DNA from: Podarcis vaucheri
Taxonomy: Eukaryota
Strand: one strand, 5' to 3'
Assembly (NCBI GenBank): GCA_965113315.1
Contig: OZ220363.1
Length of the DNA stretch: 64,000 bases
The number at the start of each line of letters is the position of its first letter. Position 1 is the first letter of the stretch. A program made the position numbers and the translations under genes. The notes below the pieces were generated by a model, which made no database searches, was not told the DNA's origin, and saw only the letters and a list, made by a program, of their open reading frames with translations. Shown here one piece after another: positions 10,984-23,500 of this stretch.

Positions 10984-12477
10984 TAGAAAACAAAAGATAC
11001 CTTTCAGAAGAATCCATACAAGACACTGGTGTGCCATAACATTACTTGCAAGAAATGGTGTCTGAAAAAAATGAAGAAATGAAAAGGACATGGAAAAAAC
11101 TTCAGCACTATTGCACTTTATGTTGAAACTGAAAATTGGTCTCTAAAACACTATGATTTTTCTGTGTTGGAAGACTCTTTCTTCATGCTTTGCTTCGAAC
11201 AAACCAGACTTAAGGAACTCCATGACTTTCCAGACATCATTGTAGTGCCATACAGTCCCTTTTTGTTTGAACTGCTACAAAAAAAAAGGCTTGGAACACT
11301 TTTCACTCTTTGGTTGACACCTATGTCTTTTTAAAGCAACAACAATACACACAAAGCCATTTCTTCCAATGCTAAATTTTGCTGTGTTAAGATCCTTGCT
11401 GTTTTGTTTTGTTTTTTATTTTGGTGAAACATTAGCAATATTACTACTACTAGACACTGCCTACTGAAGCAGCACATTTTGCCCAATGTCGTTCTAAGGA
11501 TCTAACCTGATTAATAGTGGAAAGCTACATTTTCGTCTAACTCGGCAGTAGCTGCATAAAGGCCCGTTTAACCAGCATCTTATTTAGGGTGGGATAGGAG
11601 GGGCATTTATTTTTGACCTGGTAGCTCTGTTTCTCAGCATGTCACAACATTGGTGTGTTTTGTAACATCTGATGACATTACCTAATGGGAATGAATGCAT
11701 GTGTTTTGTCTTAACCCCTTAAGTGCCTTGAGACTTACAGTGTATGTCTTTAATGACAAGGCACTTGTATTGGCCCTAAAGGGGGAAGTATCATCATTGT
11801 AACATTTACTTTAGCAGGTTCACACTTTAAAGCATGGCCCTTGGTGCTTAGAATATGGTACTTAGAATACGATAGGGGGTCACAGAAATACCATTCCTTC
11901 TCTTTCTACAAGTACCTGCATGCTACTATGGGTAGCAAGAGCACCCCAGCCTATTAAATAAGTAATAATTGTTTACTGCTATGAATTGAAGTGGGAAATC
12001 TGACACATTCCTTTCAACTGGTAAAATATTTGCAACATCAAATGTAAAGCCAGTAGATAGTTTTAGAATTTCTTTCTTTTAGCCTTCCACTGAGAAAAAA
12101 AGCTTTGTAATTGAGTATGCTATACCTTTTTGATAGTTCTGATAACTGTTTTAAACTTCAAGGTAAGCTTTCCCCATGACCTGCTTGCCAGTTACATTTC
12201 CTGAGTCCACATTTGTGCTTTCTTGAGTCATGTTTGTGCTATACTGTGTTATGACAAGACAAAAGGGGAGGAAGGTGCATAAAATGCCATCAGCTTGTTC
12301 CCAAAACATTTATGCTTTCCATATGTTCTTTGGGATCTCTGTGTACTTTTGTGCTTTTTTATTTGTGTGCCTCTTTTTTGAGGTCATTAGCATGTATGCA
12401 GTTGGAGGCACTTAATTGATACAGAATCTGAACTCATTCTAGGGTCATGTAAAGGTTTTTGTCTCCTTTTTATTAAA

Positions 12478-12505
12478 GAAGAAGAAGAAGAAGAAGAAGA
12501 AGAAG
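12478..12505 (+). repeat. (GAA)n microsatellite in the PTPN4 3'UTR
   Basis: About 9 perfect GAA units. Confidence 0.9.
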
Positions 12506-15500
12506 ATCTGAGACAGCTTCTTGCACAATATGCATTTAGGATTCAGTTGTTTCTTTATGAAAACCTACACTGCCCTGTATTAAAGAGGTTTGAATAATTA
12601 CTGAATTTTTTAAAAAGCAGAATATGCAGACTATGGATGACAATATGAGGTTTGTCTTTTCTTTTTTTTAAAAAAAAACACACACATTTATTCTCCTCTA
12701 TATGTACTGGAAGGAGCTGCAAATCTGCTGTATAAAATTTGTACCCAATGCCCTGAAATTGGTGGTGCAAAGTTGTAGGAGCTCTTCATCATGATACCAA
12801 ATGAAAGAGAAACTTTATTTTTTTCAAAAAAACTAAATCTCATCTGCTGGCCTGTTTATTTATTTTCAAAGCAAATCCAGTAGTCTCCATTTCTGGTTTT
12901 GAAATTATTGCATTATTATCCTTTTAATATAACTTCTTGAGTCAGTGTAGAAATGAATGCTAGTGTCAATTCCTTTCACCCAAACTGTAGTTTCAGTAGG
13001 ATGAGGTGTAATGGGCTTCTTAAAACACCCACCCACCCACCCCTCAGTCTCTAATTGAGCATTTGTCCAGAGTGTAGGAATACAATTTTGTCTGCTTTCA
13101 CAAATTGGAATGAGTGCTTGATAAACTGCTACTTTTGACAGCTTTGAAATTGAAGCGGGATAGTGGGTTCAAATGTTCTACATCAATTGATAATTGAAGG
13201 ATCCAGTGGCTTTTAATAGTTTGTTTCTGTTCAACACAAAATGAAAGGCTGAAATGCATTTTTAAACTATGTTTCAGACAGTTTCAGATTACCCAGCACA
13301 ATGTGAGTAACTGCTAACGATATTGCATTGCACTCTAAACCATCCTTAGATGTTAGTGCAAGCAATGTAAAATCCTTTTTATAGAAAGCCTCCAGTAGTT
13401 CTACCAACCAGTCAGGTGGCAAATAGGAATATAAATAATGCTATATACTGCATATTCATATTCTATTTTGAACCGCTTACTTCAAAAATGGTTTAATACC
13501 TAGAGAAGGCTTTCCTGCTTTTAATTTGGAAATTGTTCTGTGCCATAGTGTTGGTTATTTGCAGGACTAATTTAAGCATGTGTAACACATTAAAGTAAAT
13601 ACTCAATTACTGCATCCATTCTAGTGAAACGTGTTACTATTGCCAACGTATGTTACTGTTGCCAACATATAAATGAAAACAGCATTGCCCATTTTATAAA
13701 CTTATATAAGGGAAATTACTAGAGAGTTGTATATCATTGATATTTTAAATACGCTGATTTTCTTATGTGAGGTTGCCAAAGCAATTTGAATCCATGAGAA
13801 ACATTTATACCACAATGTATAGTTTTGTTGGCATATATTTTTGGTACTTAGGATGTTGATCTGACATATAGGCAGAAACATTAGCTGCCTTCAGGCCTCC
13901 ATCTCCCCTGATATAAGCTGATTTAGGGCTTGCTGGTTAGTGGCAATGAAGAAATATGGAAAGAGATTAGTTTGGTAGGGTAAGCAGCAGATCAACAAGC
14001 CACAGGAATTTCCCTCAGATGCACACATAGTAAAGAAAGGATTAGAAATTAAAGCATTATCATGCCATAAAAGTGGATCTTCACAACATGCATCTTCCCA
14101 TAGTGGTATAAATAGCCTTTTACAAGTATTTTTATATGGCCTAAAAGTTAATACTGTTCATTGCTTTGCATTGGGTTATGAAGATCTGTATCAAGCTAAA
14201 AAGAAAAGGGAAAAAATATTTTTTGTATGTTTTTTCATTCTGTACAAAACATGAATGTATGTTTCAGGAATAATGACATATAAAATGATGGGTGTTATGG
14301 ATGTTGGATTTTATGAATAATTATTTTCTTACTATTTGCTAAAAAAAGATGGGAGAGAAAAGAATCATATGTAACACTTCCTGTTGTTATCGTTGTTGTT
14401 GTTTTAATTCAGGTTGTTTTAATTGTAAATAAGAGCCATAGGGAAATGGTTTAGTGCCAATGTATGTTTCCAATGTATGTTTTTTGTGTTTTATCTTAAG
14501 GACTGAAAACTATGATTATTTAAAGTACTTTTGAAGGTTTCTAATGCAGAAATCTAGGACTCTTGAGAAACTTCTTAAAATTGCGTTTTTGCCTTTTTAG
14601 GTGTGTGGCTTTTGGGGTGGTAGAGGTATACCTTGGACAAAGTTAAATATTAAGTACCCTCAGTGTCAGTCATTCTCTGAGCAGCATGACTTTAAGTGTG
14701 CCAGCTAATCATGCCACTTAGAGCGTAGTCCCTCCAAATCATTGGAGTAGACATCCACTTCCAGTGCTGCAGTAATGTTCCTGTGTTAACATAAGAACAG
14801 GATTCCTGGTTGTCCCTTAGTGGTTTTCCTATACCCAAACATGCATCATTTGAAACCAAGATCAGCATAAGGCCACAAATTAAGTCTAAAATATAAGACA
14901 TCTTCACTGATGTAATAAAACCTATCATATTAATACATTGTAATCCAGCCTATTAACATACTAGAGAAGTAATATCTTATAGGGTAGCAGTATCCCACAG
15001 CTCCCAATTTAGAAATGCTGTCCTATCACAGAAAGCACAAAATGCAAGTGCAGAGAGCTGGGGAGAGGTTTTTGATGGAAGTAGTATGGCTTGCACCTTG
15101 CCACAAGCGATGTGCGGATTTAGGTTTGTTGCATCTGTGGAAGGTTGAAAAGCAGCAGAAATGCTTCAGTTGCAGCTGTGCATGAAGGCCCAGAAGAAGG
15201 AAATGTCGTATTGTAGAATCTCAGCAGTTTTTTTCCATCTGGTGGAGCAGAACTCTATAATTTTTTGGGGAAGGGGCTGCTTGATAGGGGGCAGAATTAC
15301 TAGAGTGTAACTAAGAATAGGCAGTGCGTGGTTGGCAATGGATGGTTACCCAAGCTCCTGAAAGTCTTAGGAGTTCTTGCCATATACTGTATCTTGCAGG
15401 TGCTGTTCCTCAGTCTTTGACTTGGCTGTTGGAAAGCAGTGGAGACACCTGGTACTACCTGCACTTTTAAAATTTCTGGCCTTAAACTTGCCTGTATAGT

Positions 15501-16735
15501 TAGATTCACAGATCACTTAGATCAGCATATGCTGTGCAAGAGAAAGTTCAGCATATTATGCAGTCTCTCCTATTTTTACATCCCAAAACGTAACAAAAAT
15601 ACAGACTGAATCCATGGCATTATAAATATTCATGCGCAGAGAGAGGGGGAGAGAAGCAGCCCGAGAAAGCAGCTTGGGATGTGCAGGGGAATTGCTCATT
15701 GCCCTGGTTATTAAAATAAGCCTCCGGATGTTATCCACAAGGCTCTTGGGGTGTTGAAATGAAGTTGTATGTTGACCAGAGGGTTCAATGAATTGTGTCT
15801 CCTTCCCTTTTTGCAGTGCAACCTTAAGCAGTTGATATTCTTCACTGCAGTCCTTGTTGGGCTGAGAAGCTGATTAGGGTGGGGGGGGGGGAAGCTTCAA
15901 CCAAGTGAAGTGACAGAGGCCTTATATGAATACAGTGGCTTGGATCCAAAGGATTCTTGTGCAAGTGGAAAGCACTTGACCACAATTTCTGCTGATTTTC
16001 CTCCTCCTCCTACAGACCCTGTACCACATCACTTGCCATGCTAGAAGGTCCCTTGACCCTCAGGAGTATAATTTGGAGGCTTTAGTGAAGAGGAATGGTG
16101 GGAAAGCCCATATCTTTGGATGCAAGCTGATAATTAAAAATCTTGTAACTTACAATCTGGGAATCATCTTAAATTATGTGTCCTAGATTTCCTGCAGATA
16201 TCCCTTGGGTCTCTTGTAGTAGCTTGTGTGTATGTATGTGTGTGCATGCATGCTCTTCCTAATTTTAATACCCAGCTGCCATGTAGAAACAAACACAAGC
16301 CTTTGTTTCCATCATTATGCAACACTAACTTTCAGTTTGCGCTATTACCACTTGCAGTGGAGGAAAGGAATTTTGGGTACAGATGTTAAATTGTAACCAA
16401 CAAGTTCATTGTATAACAAAGCAGTATATTGATTTGTTAAAATTGCTGAGCCAAGTATGACATACAGGAAAATCAATATGTTCGCTTTGATTTAGTCAAT
16501 GCCGCCAAATTAGAAGAAATACAAACCAAAGTTAAAATGGTTGCTTCTCAGTCTTCGGAATGGTATAGTAAAAAGATTAGGAGAAAGTCTTTGCCTATCT
16601 GGAACTTTGAATGCTTAACTTTAACAACCTATAGGCTTTCACATCAGTTGCAATCGTGAGTTTTAAAGAAAGTTTAGAAAGTATTTGCTTTCAATCATCG
16701 GAGGGCAAGTGGTGAATTTGTATTGCCTTTAAACC

Positions 16736-16875
16736 AGAGGTGACTAATCTGTTGCCCTCCAAGATGATGTTGGGACTCTTAACTCCCAACAGCCTTGGCC
16801 AGTGTGGCCAGTTGTCAGAAATGATGAGTGTTGTAATTCAGCAACATGCAGAGGGGAACAGGTTAGCCGCCCCTG
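16736..16875. mobile_element. Degenerate hAT-type MITE within the putative 3'UTR
   Basis: CAGAGGTGACTAATCTGTTGCCCTC...GAGGGGAACAGGTTAGCCGCCCCTG inverted ends; same architecture as the 52-163 family. Confidence 0.65.
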
Positions 16876-18563
16876 CCTCAAACCAAATGTTCTGGCCTAT
16901 GAGAGATTTGAAGACCACTATGTTAACGCTTTGGAAATGGCTCTTTGGAAACAATGTTAATACTATGGAAATGAAGAGACCTTGACGGACATTATTTGGT
17001 GGAATTACTTGATATTTAACACATTTTAAAATATTTACTTTTTGCCTAAATTTCTTGAATTTCATATAGTAGCACTTTATCTAATGCTTTACTACTGACA
17101 GAAGTTTTGGAGAAAATAAAATTTGCTACCAGGTTGGAGAGAGAGATACTTAATTCTTTCCTGTGCAGAGTTGATTGGGATTGTTCCTCATGTGAATTGT
17201 TTTATCAGTGCGCTGTGCTTCTGACCTGTTTTCATCTGTTTTAAAATGCATTCTAGTAAGCTAAACACTGTGTACACTACCACACAGCATACGGACCTTA
17301 AATATCAAGGCCTGAGTACCATTCTGTAGTTCTCGTACAGCATCCTGTTTTGTGGTATTATAGCAGTGCAATTGTTGATAAACATATTTCTGGTTTAGGT
17401 TTTAAAACCTTAAGCATCATAATAATGATACTAAAAGTAACCCCCACAATGTAGCCGCTTACAAGTTCTGATTGTTTTTTCTCGGTGGATTTCATTTAAT
17501 TTAGTAGTTTACTGTGCCTAGGGTCTCCTGGGTTGGGCAGAGAGTTTTTCCATGTGCTGCTTTTTGGCTCCATCCTTGTTGCTTCCAGACTTTAAAGACC
17601 TTTGGGAGTAACCTCTGAGGAAGAATAGGGAGTTGTGGTTAGGGGGAACATCAGTGCATACTTGGAAGTACTTCTGTGTATCCAGGGAGCTCTCTGAATC
17701 CTGGCTTATATATTTATAGCTGCTTAGCATTACTAACATTTGCATAAAACTCTGGAAACCGGGGGTGGGGGTGGGTATTTAAGTTGTAAATTATAAAGAA
17801 TAGATAATGCACAAAAATAGTTTTTAAAGGGAAAAAGTTGCAATTCCTTATACACAAAGGCTATAATATGGTTGGAGCAGTTAAAACAATTGACACTAAG
17901 TTCCTTTGTATTCCTCTATAGGAGTATGTCCACAAACTTCCCGGTGCAATTTGAAGGGGCTGGGCTTCAAATTTAACATGAATTTATATGGCTCTGGTCG
18001 TCATAGCAAATACTAAAAAAAAAGAAAAAAGTGATTTGTCTAGTTTCCCCACCCCCCTTTCCTGTCACAGGTGCTATAGTATATGTGTAATTGTAAACCT
18101 AATACTGTGTCTCGATCATAATCCACAATCCTTTTGGGTGCCCAAATTTATTTATTTTTGTTGCTAGTGGTAATGAATTTGCATTCTCCCCTCCCCCCCG
18201 GTGACGTTGCATTGTCCAATTCAGTTGGGTGTTGCACTGCCCAGTGAGCTGGCTTTGAGCATCTCAGTAGGTCATCTCTAATACAATTGTGCATCTTCTG
18301 TTTACTACACAAGTTTATCTGATATAGATTTGTCTTTTGAATTTATGTGTTTATTTTATTTTTAAGGGGAAAAAACACTATTTAGCTAAGAACCTCTATG
18401 CTAAGCAGCAGGAAATGTGCTCCGTTGAAAATGACATGCACTTGAATTTGGTCAACACTGGACAATGAAAAGAATTCAGCATTCATCACTGCAGCTACTG
18501 TATGCTTTAAAAGGGCCTTATGTATCTTGCCTGCATTGGGGTAAAACGAGAGTTCTTGCCATT

Positions 18564-18569
18564 AATAAA
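18564..18569 (+). terminator. Candidate distal polyadenylation signal AATAAA of PTPN4 (alternative at 18796-18801)
   Basis: Canonical hexamer near the end of the repeat-poor tract, with T/GT-rich sequence downstream. Confidence 0.5.
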
Positions 18570-19604
18570 GTACACTAATGTTTTACATACTATACCAGCA
18601 GCTCCCCAGAAATAAGAGAAATATAACATTTAACAAATCTTGTTTTTAGTCTTAAGAGCAACTTCATTATGTGAAATATATGCTGTTATACATATTTTGT
18701 GGATATATTTAATTTTGATTGACAAATAGTTGTCTAGGTACAAACTTGAAGAAAAAAACATAGTTTACTTGTGAATCTTAATTGTTTAATTGCAAAATAA
18801 AGATGTGCTTTAGTAATTTAAAGTTTGGAGATTTTTTTATTACTGAAAGTTGCTAGTTATGCTGCAGTACTGATAATTATCAATGGGTTTTTTGATCTTG
18901 GTCTTTGGACAGATTTTTTTTGCACACAAACAGCGAGGGAATTGATGTTTCATTTGGTTGTAAACTTACAGTATATGGAAATTCAGTGATACTTAAGCAT
19001 TGTTGATCCCATTGTGAACATGCTGCCCTTACTAGAGTTAATACTAGAGGTGATCTAACCTTGGGGTTATTTTGTGTCTGTGTGTGGGGGTGTGTGTGTC
19101 TGTACACTTTTTTTAGTGTACATTCATTGGTAAAAGTGGGTTTGCTGCCATGTATGGTGTAGAAGACCCTCACACATGCCACATACATGCAGCAGTTCCA
19201 TACACCTACTACCTAAATCCAAAGACAATTTTCAGCAAATAGTAATGTTGCTTCTTATGCTAGCAGATACGAGCCAAAAAGGTGTGTTCAGCCTAACATT
19301 CAATTAAACCATTTGAAGGTAAGCAAGGCAGCACAGTGTGCCTTATGCTGTAGGGAAAGTCATATGCATGTCAGCATTTCTGGCACTTTCCTTTTTCTCA
19401 GTGATACAGAGCCTGAAGTCCAAACTAATCACCTGTGCCCTTTACCTGAGACTTAAAAGGCAGGTATAATTAAATTTCCCTCATTAATACATGTGGAGGT
19501 CTTTTGGGCTGCCCGAGAGGCATCGCAAAATCTTTTACATCTCTTTTACAGACACTTGCCTACCTTGGCTGTGCACCAGCCTTCCTCTGCAGTGTTAGGA
19601 TTGC

Positions 19605-19790
19605 AGTGGAAATAAAGAAGTGACATGATAGAAGTTTATAAAATTATGCCCGGCATGGAGAAATTGGATAAAGAGAAGTTTTTCTCGTCTCCCTAACACT
19701 AGAACTAGTGGACATCTGAATGGAGCTGAATCAGTTGCATAGTTTACGCAAGTTTCTGTGGGCATCTGGCTGGGCATTGTGAGATCAAGG
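19605..19790 (+). mobile_element. Old CR1 LINE 3' fragment
   Basis: GACATGATAGAAGTTTATAAAATTATG..GGAGAAA..AGAACTAG resembles the CR1 ORF2 end (DMIEVYKIM). Confidence 0.6.
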
Positions 19791-20103
19791 TCAAATCTGC
19801 ACTAGTTCTACACATTGTAAACACAATGAAAGAATATTTTTAAAGTATTTGATCAACATGTAACTAAGGTGAAAGTGTCAGTCTGAAGACTTGTAGGAAG
19901 AAATGAAGGGGGGGAGATAAAACAAGAAATAATTGAAGAACTGGATGACAAAAGAGAAATACAGGGGTAAAGATAAGGTATTAAAAGGTTGATTATACCA
20001 ATTTACCTGGAAGAACTGTTTGAAACAATTTCAGGACTAGATTGCACGGAACCTATTTCTATTGAGAAGGGATACAGAATTAAGATGTGGCAAAATATAT
20101 ATA

Positions 20104-20329
20104 CAGTGGTACTTCGGGTTACATACGCTTCAGGTTACAGACTCCACTAACCCAGAAATAGTACCTGGGGTTAAGAACTTTGCTTCAGGATGAGAACAGA
20201 AATCGCACGGCAGTGGTGCAGCGGCAGCAGGAAGCCCCATTAGCTAAAGTGGTGCTTCAGGTTAAGAACAGTTTCAGGTATAGAACAGACCTCCGGAACG
20301 AATTAAGTACTTAACCCGAGGTAACACTG
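20104..20329 (+). mobile_element. Tigger-like MITE family A copy 2
   Basis: TA-flanked, CAGTGGTAC TIRs, aligns to 606-831. Confidence 0.9.
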
Positions 20330-20669
20330 TATATAAAATAGGGTAAGAGATGTGAGATTTTTTCTTGAAATATTAAGATAAAAATAATTGGCAAATTACA
20401 CATGATTCACCAAGTAAGGCAATGGAGTCTTCCATCCCCTGCTCAAATATTTCCCCCGTTATCCTGAAGAAGCAGAAACCTGTGATTTGTAGAAGGCAAA
20501 TGGAACACCAAGGTAGAGAAACTGATTTGTCACATTGTTTGGCCTTGTCTAGCTGATTTTTAATTATAGTAGCCATTATGCCCTCATCACCACACATGAA
20601 TAGAAACATGGCATGGGGGGAAGGGAATTTAACCCTGCTGTGGTCATCTGATATTTCTCTGTAGTTAAT

Positions 20670-20862
20670 GCCAGTATAGTATAGTGGTTAGTGTTCAAAT
20701 TCCCACTCAGCCATGAAGCTCACTGGGTGACCTCGGGCCAGTCACTGCCTCTCAGCCTAACCCACCTCACAGGGTGGTTGTGGGGATTAAATGAGAGGGA
20801 GGGACATACGCCACCTTGAGTTTGGGGATGGAAAATAAATGCAAGCAAACAAACAAACAAAC
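20670..20862 (+). mobile_element. CORE/MIR-like SINE (Squam3-like), internally deleted
   Basis: tRNA-like head, CORE-like TGGGTGACCTCGGGCCAGTCACTGCCTCTCAGCCT, AATAAAT and (AAAC)n tail. Confidence 0.7.
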
Positions 20863-21052
20863 ACATTAAGAGTTTCCAAAGCAGAATAAACTCATTGTTA
20901 ACATAGCCTTGGCTTTTCACTGTTTTCAACCTAATTCTGTCTGTGATATGCCAAACTAGTATTACTATTCCTCATTAGGATAAATGTGCATGATCAAACA
21001 GCAAAGTGGACAGCAGTAGCATGTTATACAGGAGACTCTTCTATCACTACTG

Positions 21053-21851
21053 ATGGTCAAAGGCCTGGAAACGATGCCTTATGAGGAACGGCTAAGGGAG
21101 CTGGGCATGTTTAGCCTGGAGAAGAGGAGGTTAAGGGGTGATATGATAGTGTTGTAAATAAAAATATGCCCTTTTCCCTTATGGGGTATCCAAGAGCCCA
21201 TATAGAGTCCTTACATAGGTTCCCTATTGGTCGGAGAAAATAACAGAGGTCAACCAGAGTACATTGAGAAGCAAAGCAGCTAGTAAGCTGGATCTTTATT
21301 GATCTGTTGCAACAGGGTGCTCCCCTCACACGCAGGAGAGGAAGAGGACCCCCCAAAATTGCTGTGCAAGGGCTTATAAAGACTTTTGAAATTCCCATCC
21401 TCTAGATCAAGACCACCCCCAGAAACATTATGCATACATCACAGAAGGGGTGTAACCTAAGACCACCCCTCAGATAAGGCAGTCTAAAACAGAACATTTG
21501 CATGTTGTTTTCTCCTGTCACTTTGTTTATTTCCTGTCTGGCAGGTTACTTGATTGGATTTCTTGGGGAGCCTTGGCAGTCTTTTGTAATGATAAGGCTC
21601 ACACCCTTATTCAAACACAGATTAATACAGGAAGGTTGTTTTCTGCTGCTCCAGAGAAGCGGACACGGAGCAATGGATCTAAACTACAAGAAAGAAGATT
21701 CCACCTAAACAGTAAGACCTTCTTTGGAGGTCTTTAAGCAGAGGCTTGACAACCATATCTCAGGAGTGCTCTGATGGTGTTTCCTGCTTGGCAGGGGGTT
21801 GGACTCGATGGCCCTTGTGGTCTCTTCCAACTCTATGATTCTATGATTCTA
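21053..21851 (+). mobile_element. Young CR1 LINE 3' end, interrupted by an LTR (21150-21629)
   Basis: Near identical to 50468-50891 outside the insertion and deletions; (ATTCTATG)n tail. Confidence 0.9.
21150..21629 (-). mobile_element. Probable solo LTR (480 bp)
   Basis: TG...CA termini exactly at the CR1 breakpoints. The minus strand has CCAAT (21557-21553), TATA (~21375-21380) and AATAAA (21300-21295) in U3-R-U5 order. Internal direct repeat AAGACCACCCC x2. Confidence 0.7.
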
Positions 21852-21959
21852 AATAGGCATAGGATTGTGCTGTAAATATTTTTTGATCATATATGCTGGG
21901 GAAAGGAACTTCTGGGCTAAGGGAATGTTGCTTCCTCAACCTATTTCTAAGTGATTTAG

Positions 21960-23500
21960 GGACCCTCGGGAGCAGAAGGAGGGCACGGGACGGGCCTTAA
22001 GCAAATGGAAGCAGCGGAAAGAGCCCTCTGCCAGCTATGAGGTCAGGCTTCTGGCAAAAGGGATCTGTCCCCCCTCCTCCCAGTTCTTCACCCGCAGCGG
22101 CTGCTGGACGAGGGGCGGGAAGAGGAAGGATGGCCCTGCCTACCTCCCACCAGGATGCACCGTCACGGATTATCCGCCAGGGAAGTCAGCCTTCTATACA
22201 TGCAATATACTGTCTGCGTCTTTACCTGCTTTTTTTTGCACGATGTATTCGAGATGCACGGAGTTGGGCCGCGTTTCCCACTTGTTCGTGTTATCCTGGG
22301 CGCACTGCTTAGCATTTTAATATAAATCGTTGGCTGCGAGAGCTGACTAGGACAGTGTTGCTTCTTCCTGCTGATTTAAAGTAGAATATATCAGCGATCG
22401 GGTCTTGCCAGGGAATATTTAACCCCGGACTTTCTCAACTCGCCTCCCCAGTTGATTGATTGAATTTATATACCGCCTTATATACAGAGGTCTCAGGGCG
22501 GTTCACAGAACACGGGTTTAGCACCCCTATACTTGGGAATATTATAATATAAGCAAGGGAGGCGCTGTTTCCTTATGGGTAAAATATCGGGACCTGTTCG
22601 GAGCCGGCAGAGTGTCTTAAACAAATGCATTTGGATTTTTAAAAATGTGACGGGGGGGGGCGGGTTCGTGTGATGCAGCCAGGCTGCCTCGTGCTTTCTG
22701 GAAACGAGAGGTGGCTGTTGACCTGCTTGTTTTGTTGCTGCCTTTCCCTCCGCGCGCTCTCTCTCTCTCTCTCTCTGGCGGCGGGAGCTGGGAGAGGAGG
22801 AGGCCCGAGCAAGGGAGGGGAGGGGAAAAAAAAGAAACACAGGGCGAGGTGGAGGAGGAGGAGGAGGAAAGAGGCGGCTCCTTGGCCTTACTCAGCGGCC
22901 ATTTGCCTCCGCCCCTCGTCGCTTAGCCGGGAGTCCTTCCCTTCGGAGGCGACGCGCCGGTCGGGAAAAAGCGCAGCTGGGCGAGGAGAAGAAGAAGAAG
23001 AGGGAGGCTGGTAGGTGGCTTTGGGCGTCTGGGTCTCGCGGAGGCTGTCGACTGTTTCCTGGAGGGGAAAGGCGGGAAAATAATGTCCGGGTTGGAGGGG
23101 GGCAAATGTGCGCTGAGAAGGTGCGTCTCTCTCTCTCTCTCTCTCCTCCCTGTTGCGTCTCGCCTGTTGCTTGCCTGGCGCTTTCCGAAATATCTATTTA
23201 AAAGCAACATCCAGCCCTCTCTCTCTTTCTCTCAGGGTCTCCTTGCCCCAAAGCGACGCCTCGTACTTCCCAGGCGTTCCCGTGGCTCCCGCCCCATAAG
23301 TAGCTATGCCTTTCCGAGTGTGGGGCGACGACGTGCTGACGCTGCCATGCCTTTTCCCAGCCCCTCCGTCCTCACCTTTTCCCTCCCTCCCGCCCATCCG
23401 CCTCCCCCGACCAGTTGCAAGTTTCTGCGACCTAATTATCACAGCCATAGGAAGCGACGACAAAGGGGGGGGGGATGGCGGGCGTCAAATCCCGACAAAG
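21960..23500 (+). promoter_or_regulatory. EPB41L5: CpG island / promoter of EPB41L5
   Basis: Sharp rise in GC and CpG content relative to the rest of the window; (CT)n and GGA tracts; YY1-like GCGGCCATTT at 22895-22904; lies ~4.5 kb upstream of the ATG exon. Confidence 0.85.
22780..23010 (+). other. EPB41L5: Putative non-coding exon 1 (5'UTR) of EPB41L5; start approximate
   Basis: GC-rich segment in the CpG island ending at donor CTG|gtaggt (23011). Exon 2 has an acceptor 5 nt before the ATG, so an upstream non-coding exon is required. Confidence 0.55.

Larger units (their letters stand above)
10984..18820 (+). other. PTPN4: Putative long PTPN4 3'UTR
   Basis: AT-rich and almost free of the young repeats seen in flanking introns; many miRNA seed matches; AATAAA at 18564-18569 and 18796-18801. 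The end point is inferred. Confidence 0.65.

Noticed and set aside
19800-20420. A-rich stretch flanking MITE copy 2 that may be an old L1/Tx1 fragment
   Set aside because: No diagnostic motif could be recognised by eye; it needs a RepeatMasker run.
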